Shown here in pieces: positions 49,261-61,855 of a DNA stretch of 64,000 nucleotides (positions are counted from its first letter, which is position 1; each line of letters begins with the position of its first letter). The notes under the pieces were generated by a model. It was not told the DNA's origin, did not search any database, and was given only the letters and a program-made list of their open reading frames with translations. This DNA is from Bilabrum cf. latius (Eukaryota), in NCBI GenBank assembly GCA_965178125.1, contig OZ237741.1, positions 1,240,001 through 1,304,000 of the forward strand, read 5' to 3'. A program made the position numbers and the translations under genes.

Positions 49261-51096
49261 CCCGGGGGCTCAAATTTGTATTCTAGGGGGAAACGCACGG
49301 GTTAAGGGACAGTTTGCAATTTATTTGTGCTGCAAGCGGGTGTGGCGCACCCGTCGATCCCATGCTGTACCTGTGCAGACGTTGGTCGGCGGTGCCCGCC
49401 CCAGCGGCTCACACGCAAATTACGCATATCGGCTCACAACTCAGAGTTCTCCTCGATAGACTCGCTCTGCCGCGGGGATGCTTCCATGGTCGCGTCTTGA
49501 TCGTCCTCATTGTCCTCATCGCTGCCCTCAACACCGGCCGCATCTGTTGAAAGGTGGTGGTCGACGAGTCGGATACAGCGGCGATGCAAGGGGACACCAG
49601 TCCAAATTGCCAGTTACAGAGCCTGGCATGGTGGTTAGAGGTGGCGCGGTGATTGAAAGTGCTGCTGCCGCCGCCAGCGGGGCGGGAGGCGCAGCCTTGC
49701 CCGAGCTTGTCACCGGCGCCAACGTGAAGCGGGTGGAACCGATGGAGCTGCATCCGGAGTAGCTCGGAGGGATTTTCACCATGGGATCTTCCTGTGAGAT
49801 GTTGCCTGTCAGGAGCATCGAATTTCCATACCGCACCGGCCTACTTTCCACCAAGCACCTCGCCGAGATGCCCTTCGGAGAGACACTACTACTAGTAGTA
49901 GCTTGAGGGTACCGCTGTCGCCACCTTGCTTGATGCTGACTGCCCGGGGCGCAAATAATGTTTGGGTTGGTGCGCGCAGTTTGAATATCTCCAGGGGCCG
50001 CTGTGGGCCTCAGAGGAGCGCAGGCTAACTGCGCGGACTTAGTTGCGAGCACTTTGATGGATCGGATCAGGATGTATAATTTCGAGTGTCGCGTCCTCAC
50101 ACGTAACACCCGTTCAAAACACGACGCGCGACCGGATGCATATGAAAATGCCAGGATAGAGGGAATATCTCATTGGTACAGACTGTCTTTGAGATAAAAG
50201 GGCCCAATTCGCCAGTGAATCCGCTACCAATGGTAAGTCTGCGTGAGATGCAAGTCTGCCTTGCAAGTGCGCTGCTATGGGTCAAGACTGCCGTAATCAT
50301 AACTGCAAGTCAGAGAAATCATTTAATTGCAGGTATATAGTTTGATGTGTGGAGGGGGGTGTAGGTAAACAGCTACACGCACTGAGATAATAGTGAGTGA
50401 GCACAATGCTGCCACGCAACGAGGCTGCCCACCGGGCGGCATCGGGAGCTGTACAAGTAGAGATAGCGAGTTTGATGCGACGATGAGCTGCGTTGATGGT
50501 TGATTGTAGTCTCACCTTCACTTCATCGCATCGCAGGTCATCCTATCGAGCTGGGGTGCCACAGTCGAGCGGCTCTGACGACATGCTGCAGGTCGGGTAA
50601 GTGCAACTGGGCCCTGTCGTGCGCCGAATGTTGCGCACACTGCGCAGTCCTAGGCACCATTTCAATTCGTATATGGACAATGTTCGTATGTGCTCCTCTT
50701 GTTTCTGTTCCTGACTTTTCAGCGCAGACACGTGTAGCATCCCCAAATGTGCCTGGCACTGGAGACGTGAGAGAGAGTTTCATGTCGAAATTTCGTACCT
50801 AAAGCGCCCCAAAGGTATTGAAAATTGTTCTAAGGCAAGTAATCATGTAGATTTTATGATGAATCTCCGCAGACAGGGCATACAAGCTGCCAGGAAGGGC
50901 AATCAAGATGCAGCTACGCCGCACTGGCCCGTGAGCGCTGCTTTGCTCGACCGTATCGGAGTTTCGATAAAAGAGGGAACTGCACTAGTTGCGTAATAAC
51001 AATGTTTAATTTCATTTGTGTTATTCCGTAGTGCGCAGGCGAGGGAATGCGTCGTGCCAGGAGGCCATACAAGTCGTTCTGCAAGACGCTCTTGCT

Positions 51097-52165
51097 CGCC
51101 CACGAGCAGGAGAGGCCGGGTAGGGGAGAGGGGCAGGAGCTCCACCGGCGGCACTGAGGGCCGAGCCGAGCCGCCCACGAGCAGGAGAGGCCGGGTAGGG
51201 GAGGTGGGCACAAGCTCCACTTTCGGCACTGGGGGCCGAGCCGAGCCGCCCAGAGCCGCCTACGAGCAGGAGAGGCCGGGTAGGGGAGAGGGGCACAAGC
51301 TCCACCGGCGGCACTGAGGGCCGAGCCGAGCCGCCCACGAGCAGGAGAGGCCGGGTAGGGGAGAGGGGCACAAGCTCCGCCTTCGGCACTGAGGGCCGAG
51401 CCGAGCCGCCCACGAGCAGGAGAGGCCGGGTAGGGGAGAGGGGCACAAGCTCCACCTGCGGCACTGAGGGCCGAGCCGAGCCGCCCACGAGCAGGAGAGG
51501 CCGGGTAGGGGAGAGGGGAGAGGCCGGGTAGGGGAGAGGGGCACAAGCTCCACTTTCGGCACTGAGGGCCGAGCCGAGCCGCCCACGAGCAGGAGAGGCC
51601 GGGTAGGGGAGAGGGGCACAAGCTCCACTTTCGGCACTGAGGGCCGAGCCGAGCCGCCCACGAGCAGGAGAGGCCGGGTAGGGGAGAGGGGAGAGGCCGG
51701 GTAGGGGAGAGGGGCACAAGCTCCACCTGCGGCACCGAGGGCCGAGCCGAGCCGCCCACGAGCAGGAGAGGCCGGGTAGGGGAGGTGGGCACAAGCTCCA
51801 CCTTCGGCGCTGAGGGCCGAGCCGAGCCGCCCACGAGCAGGAGAGGCCGGGTAGGGGAGAGGGGAGAGGCCGGGTAGGGGAGAGGGGCACAAGCTCCACC
51901 TGCGGCACTGAGGGCCGAGCCGAGCCGCCCACGAGCAGGAGAGGCCGGGTAGGGGAGAGGGGCACAAGCTCCACTTTCGGCACCGAGGGCCGAGCCGAGC
52001 CGCCCACGAGCAGGAGAGGCCGGGTAGGGGAGAGGGGCACAAGCTCCACCTTCGGCACTGAGGGCCGAGCCGAGCCGCCCACGAGCAGGAGAGGCCGGGT
52101 AGGGGAGAGGGGCACAAGCTCCACCTGCGGCATTGAGGGCCGAGCCGAGCCGTCCACGAGCAGGA
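51097..52165 (+). repeat. G-rich 75-bp minisatellite (13 full units plus a partial) with higher-order 173-bp structure
   Basis: Anchor ACGAGCAGGA recurs with spacings 75,85,75,75,75,98,75,98,75,98,75,75,75. The 98-bp units carry an extra 23-bp GGAGAGGCCGGGTAGGGGAGAGG. Confidence 0.97.
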
Positions 52166-52399
52166 TAGGACATGGGAATGAGAGCAGTTGCGAGAGCTCG
52201 AGCTCCAAGTGAGGTGGCGGCTTCGAACCTCGAGGTCACATAGGGTGCGGGGTGTGGGGCACCCAAGCACTGGGACCCCCTACGACCTAGAGTTGCAGCT
52301 GCAGTGAGCAAGCAAACGTTTCATATCAATTAGAACCTACCAATCAATCGTATGGACCGATCGAAGCGGTCGTTCCGCCGGCTCTGATCTGGGCCGACA

Positions 52400-52615
52400 A
52401 ACGAGTCTCGAGCCCACTCGGAGCGGCTGCGAGCGCCCCTGAGCCTCGACCGCCGCACCAGCCCGGCGAGCCTCGATGGCACTCGATGCATCGAGACTCG
52501 ACGGCGCTCGAAGGCATCGAGGGCGGTAGATTCTCGATCAACGGCCGGTTCGTCGAGGACTCGAGGGGTCTCGCCGGGGGCGAGCCTCGTCCGGAGTCGC
52601 GCGCGAACTTTGACG
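52400..52615. repeat. Cluster of palindromic CGAG[A/T/C]CTCG 9-mers (right)
   Basis: Exact matches at 52402, 52467, 52492 and 52581, with near matches at 52440 and 52554. AACTTTGACG at 52606-52615 is the reverse complement of 49000-49009. Confidence 0.7.
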
Positions 52616-53091
52616 TGGCGGCGCCGGCGGCGCCACGCAATCCAGGGCGAGATTTAGCGGCAGATGTGAGGCAAGACAACAGCAGATAGAGGGAGTAAAG
52701 CCCAACTGTCTCATTACATGAGCCAGCCATCGGACGATACTGGCATCGAGTCGCTTTCGCATGGGCTTTGCACTTGCAAATAATCGCATCTGGCTCGCGC
52801 ACATGGCACCAGCTGGCCCTACAGGGTATTTTTTTCGCAGCCCGTCGCTGTCCATCACGTGCAGCCAGTACCGTCCAAGGTCCACCGGGCAGGCACTAGC
52901 CACATCAGCCTTACCAAAGTGCCGGTTCCGGCATGATGATCCGGGTAGATCCGGAGTGAGGGTGCTCGCAATGGGGTGAGGCTGCTGGAGACCACGTGAC
53001 AAATGCTTGGACGGTGGCTGGGCCACATCCTGTGTGGACCGAGGACAAGAGTCTTTCCAAATAGCTTTCGAAGCGGTTGCCGCTACTGTCA

Positions 53092-53319
53092 AGAGCTCCC
53101 AGCTCAAGAGGCTTCGAGGGGGACACGGACAGCCCACCGCCCACAGCGCCAGACGAACCCAGGGATGACATGCCGGGCACCGCCCGACGCCCGCTGTCCG
53201 CAGAGCTGCCCGCCACACCGATCCCGATCCCGCCCAGGCCCAGCCCAGGCACCCCGTCCCTGGCCGTGTCGGGGTTGGTGGACTCTGTGGCCCTGCTGCG
53301 GGCCGACTCGCAGCCGCTC
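53092..53319 (+). repeat. 228-bp direct duplicate of 56176-56403 (internal coding segment of the phosphatase gene)
   Basis: Identical except for one T/C difference (GGACTCT versus GGACTCC). Confidence 0.95.
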
Positions 53320-53497
53320 CATCTTGGACGGACAGGCCAGCCCCACTCATCCGTGCCATCAAGCAGCAGGCAGGTCCAGCCCGAGTCATCCATGCCTCCT
53401 GTGCTATGCATAGGATTCGGGCGTCCGGGGCGCTGTGGCCTGTGGCCTGCATGTCTCGTCATCTGTATGCTGCACGAGCGGTATCGGCTAGGCCACA

Positions 53498-55057
53498 TCA
53501 CTTGTGGACCGATGACATGTGTTTGTTGAGATTGCTTGCCTCCCCGAAGCGCTTGCCGCACACAATGCACTCGTGCTTGCGCTCCCCATGGTGCACAGTG
53601 CTCATGTGCGTCCTGAGATTGCCTGCTGCCCCGAAGCGCTTGCCGCACACGATGCACTCGTGCTTGCGCTCCCCCAGGTGCACAGTGCTCATGTGCGTCT
53701 TGAGATTGCCCGCCTGACCGAAGCGCTTGCCGCACTCGATGCACTCGTGCTTGCGCTCCCCCAGGTGCACAGTGCTCATGTGCGTCTTGAGACTGCTCGC
53801 CTCCCCGAAGCGCTTGCCGCACACAATGCACTCGTGCTTGCGCTCCCCCAGATGCACAGTGCCCATGTGCTTCTTGAGACTGCCTGCCACCCCGAAGCGC
53901 TTGCCGCACACGCTGCACTCGTGCTTGCGCTCCCCCAGGTGCACAGTGCTCATGTGCCTCCTGAGACTGCCTGCCACCCCGAAGCGCTTGCCGCACACGC
54001 TGCACTCGTGCTTGCGCTCCCCATGGTGCACAGTGCTCATGTGCGTCCGGAGATGGCCTGCCAGCCCGAAGCGCTTGCCGCACACAATGCACTCGTGATT
54101 GCGCTCCCCACGGTGCACAGTGCTCATGTGCGTCCTGAGATGGCCTGCCACCCCGAAGCGCTTGCCGCACACGATGCACTCGTGATTGCGCTCCCCCAGG
54201 TGCACAGTGCCCATGTGCTTCCTGAGACTGCCTGCTGCTCCGAAGCGCTTGCCGCACACGCTGCACTCGTGATTGCGCTCCCCCAGATGCACAGTGCTCA
54301 TGTGCATCTTGAGACTGCCTGCCGCCCCGAAGCTCTGGCCGCACACGCTGCATTCGTGCTTGCGCTCCCCATGGTGCACAGTGCTCATGTGCCTCTTGAG
54401 ATGGCCCGCCACCCCGAAGCGCTTGCCGCACACGCTGCACTCGTGCTTGCGCTCCCCCAGATGCACAGTGCTCATGTGCGTCCGGAGATTGCTTGCCTCC
54501 CCGAAGCGCTTGCCGCACACGCTGCACTCGTGATTGCGCTCTCCTCGGTGCACCACAGACACATGCTGATGAAGCGCCCGTGCACTCGACAGCACCTTAC
54601 CACACACCTCGCATCCATGTCCCCTACTCCTACTGCCAGCCATCGATGCTCCCACCCTCCTTCTCTTGCTGCCCGAGGCAGGCTACGGACAGTCTGCCAC
54701 AGCTCCAGCATCCATGGGTTGCTTCGATGTGGCACGTGCCCGCTTCTGCCCCACGATACCTCTGCAGCTACTTGTGCCGACTGATTCGAATGCCGATGAA
54801 GATGACCCTCCGGCAGCCGAAGCTGATCCTGCCAGTGCGCTTGACGATGCTGACTCGATCGATTGGCAAGTGCCTTGCCCGCCCATGGATCCCAGCACTC
54901 TGCTTCCTGCGCTCGGGCCTGAAGCAGAACAGCCATCGTCAGCAGTCGTCACGGATACAGCAAGGTCATCTTCCTGACGATCCTCCTCCTCGCTATCGCT
55001 GCTGTCGCTGACCAGGTCAATCACGTCATCAGGGCCTGGTCTTGCCACGGATGACAT
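53498..55057 (-). CDS. C2H2 zinc-finger protein with 13 tandem fingers (29-aa/87-bp units)
   Basis: MSSVARPGPDDVIDLVSDSSDSEEED..., TAG 54683 read through, then repeated HEC.VCGKRFG.A..L..HMSTVH.GERK. TGA stop. Confidence 0.92.
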
Positions 55058-55409
55058 CGCTCTCTCCACCACGCAGGATCGTCAATGGAAGTCCAGGACA
55101 ACCTCCAAGCAAGCTGGAGGGCACTGATGGAGGAATCGGGAGAAAAAGCAGAGAAAGCAATGAGCAACAGTCTGATGGCCTGGTGTCAGCAGCTCGGCAC
55201 CCCTGACAGTATCCGCAGCTCAGTCACCGCAGTGTGATGCTCCACGATGCACGCCCAACCGGCTCAGGAAGACCCAAGGGAGCGCAACGAAGTGTTTCTG
55301 ACGAGTTGGAATCGATGCGGTGCTTTGGTTCCGCTGACCAAAGGCGCCGCGCAGTGCCGAAAATTGCAATGGAACGCAGTCATCCACCCACACGCACCCT
55401 ACTCCCCAG

Positions 55410-58400
55410 TCAGAATCCCTTCTCGAACCAAACCTCAAACTCGTCGTCATCCTCTGCCTCCCCCGCCGAAATCACGCTCGTCTCCAACGGCCCCTCGCCC
55501 GCCAGCGCCTCCACCTCGTCCGCCCCTGCCCCTGCCCCCGCCCCTGCCCCCGCCCCGGCATGCTACAGCGCAGCCAGCAGCGCCCGCCTGCCCACCGCCT
55601 GCACCCCTCCGCCGTCTCCTGCCCCTGCCCCTGCCCCTGCGACGCCCCCCACCGCCCCGCCCTCCAGCTCCCCCTCGGGCTGGCACACCCACACCTTCCA
55701 CCGCCACCGCCCCCCCTCTCCCTCTCCCTCTCCCTCTCCCCCCTAGGCATCCTCACCCTCCTCCCGCACCACGGCCCCCGTCACCAGGCACATGCTCTCC
55801 CCGCCCCCTGCCTCGGGGCACAGGTCCTCCCAGTCGTAGTTGGACAGGATCTCGGCGCACAGGCCCTGGCCACCACCCGTCCCATCGCTCGCACTGGCCC
55901 GCACTGCCACCAGCAACGGACGCCTGCACAGTGCACCAGCCGCACCACCGTCCCATCCAGCACCAGCACCAGCACCAGCACCAGCACCGTCCTCTCCGAA
56001 GGCCATCGCAGCCCCCGACACGTGCTCCTGCTCTTGTTCCCTGGGCGCCATCGGCGGCTCCTCGCTGCCCTCCTCCACCTCCATCCCCGCTCCTACCTCC
56101 CCATCCACGAAGCCACCCCCCGTGCGGTCCACTCCCAGCCCCATCCCCAGCCCCAGCCCTGACCCGCTCCTGCCCAGAGCTCCCAGCTCAAGAGGCTTCG
56201 AGGGGGACACGGACAGCCCACCGCCCACAGCGCCAGACGAACCCAGGGATGACATGCCGGGCACCGCCCGACGCCCGCTGTCCGCAGAGCTGCCCGCCAC
56301 ACCGATCCCGATCCCGCCCAGGCCCAGCCCAGGCACCCCGTCCCTGGCCGTGTCGGGGTTGGTGGACTCCGTGGCCCTGCTGCGGGCCGACTCGCAGCCG
56401 CTCTCGCTGGCAGAGACAGAGACCGAGGTTGGTGTGGGTGACTTCATCACCAGTGGCACAACTACAGGGACTGCACCTGCACCTGCGTGCGATGCACCTG
56501 TCCCTGGCCTGGATCCCCTGGAGGTCCGTCTGGTTGACCCCTAGGTGGGGGCAGGGCCCCCGGTGCTCCTCCCGGGGGTGCTGGGGACAGAGGCCTCCGA
56601 CCTCGAGGTGCTGGGCTGAGAGGCAGAGGCAGAGGTGGAAGAGGATGAGGGAACAAGGGACACGCACCGCTCAAGGACCGCTGCAGGGCGGTACAGTCGA
56701 GGGCCCGAGGGCGGGGTGCCGTGGGACACCAGCCCGGGGTCTTCCTCTGGCCCAAGGCTACGGAGCTGCACGGGACCCAGGGCAGGCGAGCGAGGGGCAT
56801 GGGCACCAGCTGCCTCGAGGGAGAGGGAGACAGCGGACCGCTGCTGCTGCTGCTGCTGCTGCTCGCCCCCTGTTTCCTCGGACGCCTCGAATCCCTCTGG
56901 CCCCAGCAGGCCGGCTCGCTCCACGGCCGCCCAGAGCCCCTGCAACGCCATGCCCAGCACCTGCACCCCGGCGCGGTGGCGGGTCGACACGCCCTCGGGT
57001 GCCTGCCAGGCCACTTGCAGGCTGGGCAGGCTCGCTGGCTCCGGAGCAGGGGCACGCGCAGTGCCAGATCCCCATGTATTCTCTACTCCTCTCCCATTGT
57101 GCCCGGGCTGCGCCTCCTCCTCCCCCTCTCGCTCCTGTCGCGCTGCTGCGGCTCCAAAGAGACTCGACACCTTGTCCTTTGCCTCCCCAATCCCATCCCC
57201 ATCCCCTTCACCGTCTCTGATCGCCTAGCCACTCCCAGCAGAGGCCCCTGACCCGCCCATAGCCGTGCCCCCGCTGGTGCTCCCGCCGCTGAGGGGGGGC
57301 GGCACTGCGACAGGCACGATTGAGTCCGTGGATCCTCCCGGGACATCGATCTCGTCCAGGGCTCCCTGCCCCTCGAGCTCTCGGGCCAGGTGGTGCATGT
57401 CGCCATCCTCCCCCTCCCCCTCCTCGCCGCTTCGATTGCTCTCCTTGGAGTACTTTGAGGAGGAGTCCGGGGAGAACCGGAGGGACTGCCCGATGCGGCC
57501 CCTGGCCTGCGAACCTGTCCTCGACTTGGGAGTAGACTCAAGGGCGCCCGGGAGCTGGGCGGGGTACGCGTCGCTGTCGTTGGGCAACAAGTCCGTGGGA
57601 CCTACCCTGCTGATGGGGTTGGACAGAGAGGACGAGGACTGGTGCTCCGTGAGGGCGTTGCTGCCCCTGCCCATGCCCCTGCCACTGGCCCCCTCGGTAC
57701 CTGCGCTCGTGCTCCTGGCAAGAGCACCTGCGCCAAGTTCACCCCCTTCCCCGCTCTGTTTCTCCCTGGAAGATGCGAGGTCCAGCGCGTGCCCCCACCC
57801 GGGCTATGCCAGCCTCTCCCACGCCCCCATGTCCCTCCTCGCCGCCCTCTCGATCTCAGCCGCCTCCTCCGCATCTCTCACGCTCTCGGGTAGGACCAGC
57901 CAGGCTTGTGCCGGGAGGAAGGCAGCGCCCTCCATGGCGTGCTCAAGGGGATGGGAGCCATCCTCTAGATCGCCCGCGGCCCCATCTCCTTGCAGCAGTG
58001 GTGCCACCTGCACCCCGCCTGCGCTAGACCTCCGTCCACCGCTCGCGGGAGAAGAATCCCACTTGCTGTTGGCCACATCACGCGGAGAGGGCAGCAACAG
58101 CAGCAACGCTCGGGGTGCAGGGGGCCCCTTGGCCCCACCCACCGCCGCGTCCTTGCAGAAATCGGACCCGGGGGCCCGCAGGTCCGCCGGCAGGTGCATC
58201 GCCAGCCGCGCCTTGCCTCCGCCGCTGCTCATCGGCCGACTCCGCCGGCGTCGGCTGCTGCCCCCACTACTGCCCCCGCCCCCGCCCCTGCTCTTTGTTG
58301 GTGAAGAGCCCGGTGTGCTGCCCCCAGGTGCATTGTGGCCCCCTGTGATGGAGGGGTGCGCCGGGAGGCAGTGCCTCGACTCTCCGTACCGCAGCAAAGA

Positions 58401-60357
58401 GGCACTGTAGTAGGGCCTGGAGACGGACCCGTGGGGGCCGGGGGACAACACCGTGCTGGGCCATGCACCCTCGCTCCTCGGTGTCTGCGTCAGGGCAGGC
58501 ACTCGGGCCGGCGTGCGATCGGAGGGAGAGGTGGCCGTGCCTCCCGCCACCACCGCGCCTCTGGGAGTCGTCACTTCCCCGGTACTGGGCCCGGCCAGTG
58601 ATGCTGATGCTGATGCTGCGTCGAGGGCCACGCTGGCCGGATCATGAGTACTCCTCACACCTGGTGCGGCCGTCGACGGCATGGTGACGCCTGATCCATC
58701 GGCTCTGCTAGCACCAGCCGCGGCCGCACAAGCCCCTCCGTGTCCCCCGTGTCCCGGCCCCACGCTTGCACGCAGCCTCCCCCCCGCATCTCTCATCACC
58801 GAGGCGGGCACGCGACTGGCACCCAGCAGCACCTCGGGTCCCATGGGACCCGCGAGCCCCTGCAGCTCCAGGCTGCCCCCCGCCGCAGGCCAGTGCCCCG
58901 AGCAGAGCGGCCTCCATGCCCGGCGGAAATACCCAAACACGAGGCCGCAGGCAGGGATACGGCCGGGGTACGCAGCCTCGAATGCGCCGAGTCCACTGAA
59001 GTGCGAGTTCGCTCTGTGTTCTTGATCAGCAGCATCATCGGCACCGGCGCCGTCACCAGAACGAGCACCAGGACCAGAGCTGCCGCTGCTCGCTCGACCT
59101 GCCGCCCTCCTCCCGCTGGCTCTGGCCCTGCCGGGCACGGGGCCCATGGCACGCAGTCGGCTCTCCCAATCTAGCAGCTGCCCAAAGAAAGCGGGATTCG
59201 GAGACACGATCCCACGGGAGTCCCGGATGAGCTGGAGGGCGTCCCTGGCCCCCATGCCCCTGATCCACATGGCCGAGGCAACAGCGATGGCGCCGCTGCG
59301 GGAGACGCCCTGGTGGCAGTGCACCAGGGCGCGGCTGGGGAGAGAAATAGTGCCCGCGCGGGTGCCGTCCCGGCTGGCTTCGGACGGACGCCGCCTGCCA
59401 CTGCCGGCGGCGGCGGTCGCTGCGGCGGAGCAAGCGAGCAGCTGCACGGCAGCCGGCAGCAGGCTAGCGACTTCCTGGCTCGGGCTATCTTGCAGCCACA
59501 GAGTCAGGTAGGGAAGTTGGAGACTAGAATTCTTATCCTTTTGTCCAGGTGAACTGCCAATCGTGGCCTGACCCGTCGCCTACGTATCCGCTGCGAAGGG
59601 GCACTGGCAAACCTGCGGAGCGCAGTTGATCACTGCTCCCACACTTGCCTGGCGAACGAAGTCAGGGTTCACGGTAGGCTGCTAGCCGGACACGCACAAA
59701 TGTGGTAAGACTGGCGTGATTTCCCCCCCAAATCGCAGGATGCGCTGCTCGCGAGCACGTTGTTCGGTGATCAGAATACCGTCGGCGTCGGCTTCTCCTA
59801 CCCGCGAGGTGAGAGCGTTCTAGCCAGGGTCCCAAGAGGCATCGTGACTTCTCGACGTGCCTTTGTCCGCCCCGAGACCCAGGCGATTCTTTGCCGCATC
59901 AATGGGCAAGACTGGCAGAACAGGTCCTTTCCGGCGCGTTTCATGAGTCATGCCGTCCGCTCTTGTCGGCATTTGCTCCGCATAGGACGATGCGGATGGT
60001 TCTATGGACTACCCTAGCTCCAAGTCTATGCCGTGAGACCTCTCTGGCGCCTCACTATTCGCGAGCTCAGGCAGCCTCGGAGCAGCTCCCGACTTGGTCG
60101 CCGCCGCCTGTGGTGCCGGTGCTTGCGCACCGCTTGACCCCCCAGTGGACGATTCTGTACTACCAATAGATTCATTCTGCAAGACATAATTCCATTCGAA
60201 GCTCGGTATAGCAAAAGGTGCGACACGTATGACAACAGTAGGGCAAACACAAGTAGCCAGCCGTTGAAGTGCTCGCAAGGTTCACTTCTAGCTGTCTCAC
60301 CGATTCGTTTTCCTCTGAGCCCCCACAATCAAATAGCGAAGCAATCCAGCTTCCCAT
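55410..60357 (-). CDS. Dual-specificity protein phosphatase (MKP-like) with long low-complexity tail; intron 60177-60300
   Basis: ITPVLPHLCVSG, VINCA, YLTLWLQDSPSQ, VHCHQGVSRS (CX5R) and SPNPAFFGQL. N-terminal MGSWIASLFDC. One frame with TAG at 60009, 59820, 59682, 59580, 57804, 57225, 56541, 55743 and 55563; TGA stop. Confidence 0.88.
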
Positions 60358-60677
60358 CGCAAGGATAAAGAGGTGGGTTTATCGTTTGTGTGGCTCACTA
60401 GGGCCGTACTACAGTGGCTACGCCGCTGCCATTTCCACGATCCGGATAGCCAGTGGCCGGTTGTAACCTCTCTCCGACGCACAACGAACCAAATACACGG
60501 ACGACCCACCAATTAGGTCCAGACCCTGGCTTTCTCCAGGCACTCGTAGGCTGCGCAGTCCGCCGCCGCACCGGTCCGGAACCCCGACGACCACAGGATG
60601 CAGGGCGCCACCTGCAGAAATCAAGCCTATGGTTTCAGGTCATAGTGGAAGACGCACCAATCACCTGCCAACTCAAA

Positions 60678-61818
60678 TCAGCCCACGCCAAGCGGCGCGT
60701 GGTCTAGCAGCACCACCACCGCGGTCAAGTCGTCGTGGGGCGCCCCCCGCGCCTTCCAAGCCTCCGCCGCCGCAGCGCACACTGCCTGCGCCGCCGCCGC
60801 GGCAAGCCTCTGTTTCTGCCTCACCCTTGCCTGCAGCACATCGCTAGACAGCAGCCGCTCCCTCAGGTCCGCGGCCCCGCTCACGGGCGTAGTCACCCTG
60901 GCCAGCGCGCTCCGGGCCGCAGCCCTGGCCTTGCGTGCAGCACCCCTTCTCCTGCCTCTGCCAGGCCTGCCCTTCAAGTTGCTGGCGGTGCCCCCCGCCT
61001 TCGTTTCGCCCCAGTGCATCTGCTTCATGCCCCCCCCACGAGCCGACGTGCCCGAAGGTGCTTGTCTGCGCCCAGCCCCAGCCATCACCCCCGCCCCCGC
61101 CCCCGCCCCCGCCCCCTTCCTTCCCGCCATCCCGAGCAACCCCCCCTCGATGCCGCCGCCTGCCGCCCCCAGGCTCGAAACGCCGCTGCGCCGCTGGCCA
61201 GCCACGCTCCGACGCACCACCCTCCCTTCCTCGTCCAAGCCCAGGTCCAGCTGCCCAGTGCCCTCCTCCTCCTTCCCCTCCAGCTCCGATCGGTGCTTCT
61301 CCTCCGCGGTCATCCCATGCCTCAGGGCCCGGAGGGTGGCAGTGCTCAGCGAGTGCAACAGAGACGAGGCAGTCGCGCTGCCGTGCAGTGCACCCGACCG
61401 CAGGCTGGCAGCAGAGGCGGAGCCGCGGAGGGTGCTCGCCCCATCTCCCCGCGTTTCCCCGTGTGTTCCCCCGTGCTTGGCCCGGGCGCGCTCCGCCCCC
61501 ACCGCCACTGCCGCTTTGAAGGCCACTTCGCCCTCATCCTCCCGCACCCTCCCTCCCCCCGCACCCGCCACGGGCTCTGCATCCGCAAAGGCAAGCAGAC
61601 GGAGCTCCTTCACGCCTCCATCCGTGCTTGCCACTGAGCCATTAGACCCGGCGGCCACCATACCTAGGGCCCCGACTGCACCCGCAGGGGCTGTTGAAGT
61701 GGAGGCCGGCGTCGCTCGCAGCGTGGGCTCAATCGCCAGCGGCACCTCGGCTGGCCTCGACCCCGCCCCCCTGGCGAAAGCGGCGTGCTTCCGGCGAGTC
61801 CTGCCGTATGATGCACCA

Positions 61819-61855
<37 letters not shown>

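Noticed and set aside
49314-50900. ORFs 49478-49762(+), 49528-50109(-) and neighbours
   Set aside because: No motif support or convincing start and splice structure. A small or decayed gene cannot be excluded.
51097-52165. CRISPR array or repeat-protein gene (long ORFs in all three minus frames)
   Set aside because: There are no unique spacers, the context is eukaryotic, and the 23-bp and 10-bp insertions shift frame. The open frames follow from the stop-free repeat unit.
52200-52270. B-box-like GGTTCGAAGCC on the minus strand (possible tRNA, such as a suppressor tRNA-Gln)
   Set aside because: The flanks do not form a T-stem or cloverleaf. I found no tRNA in the window by eye.
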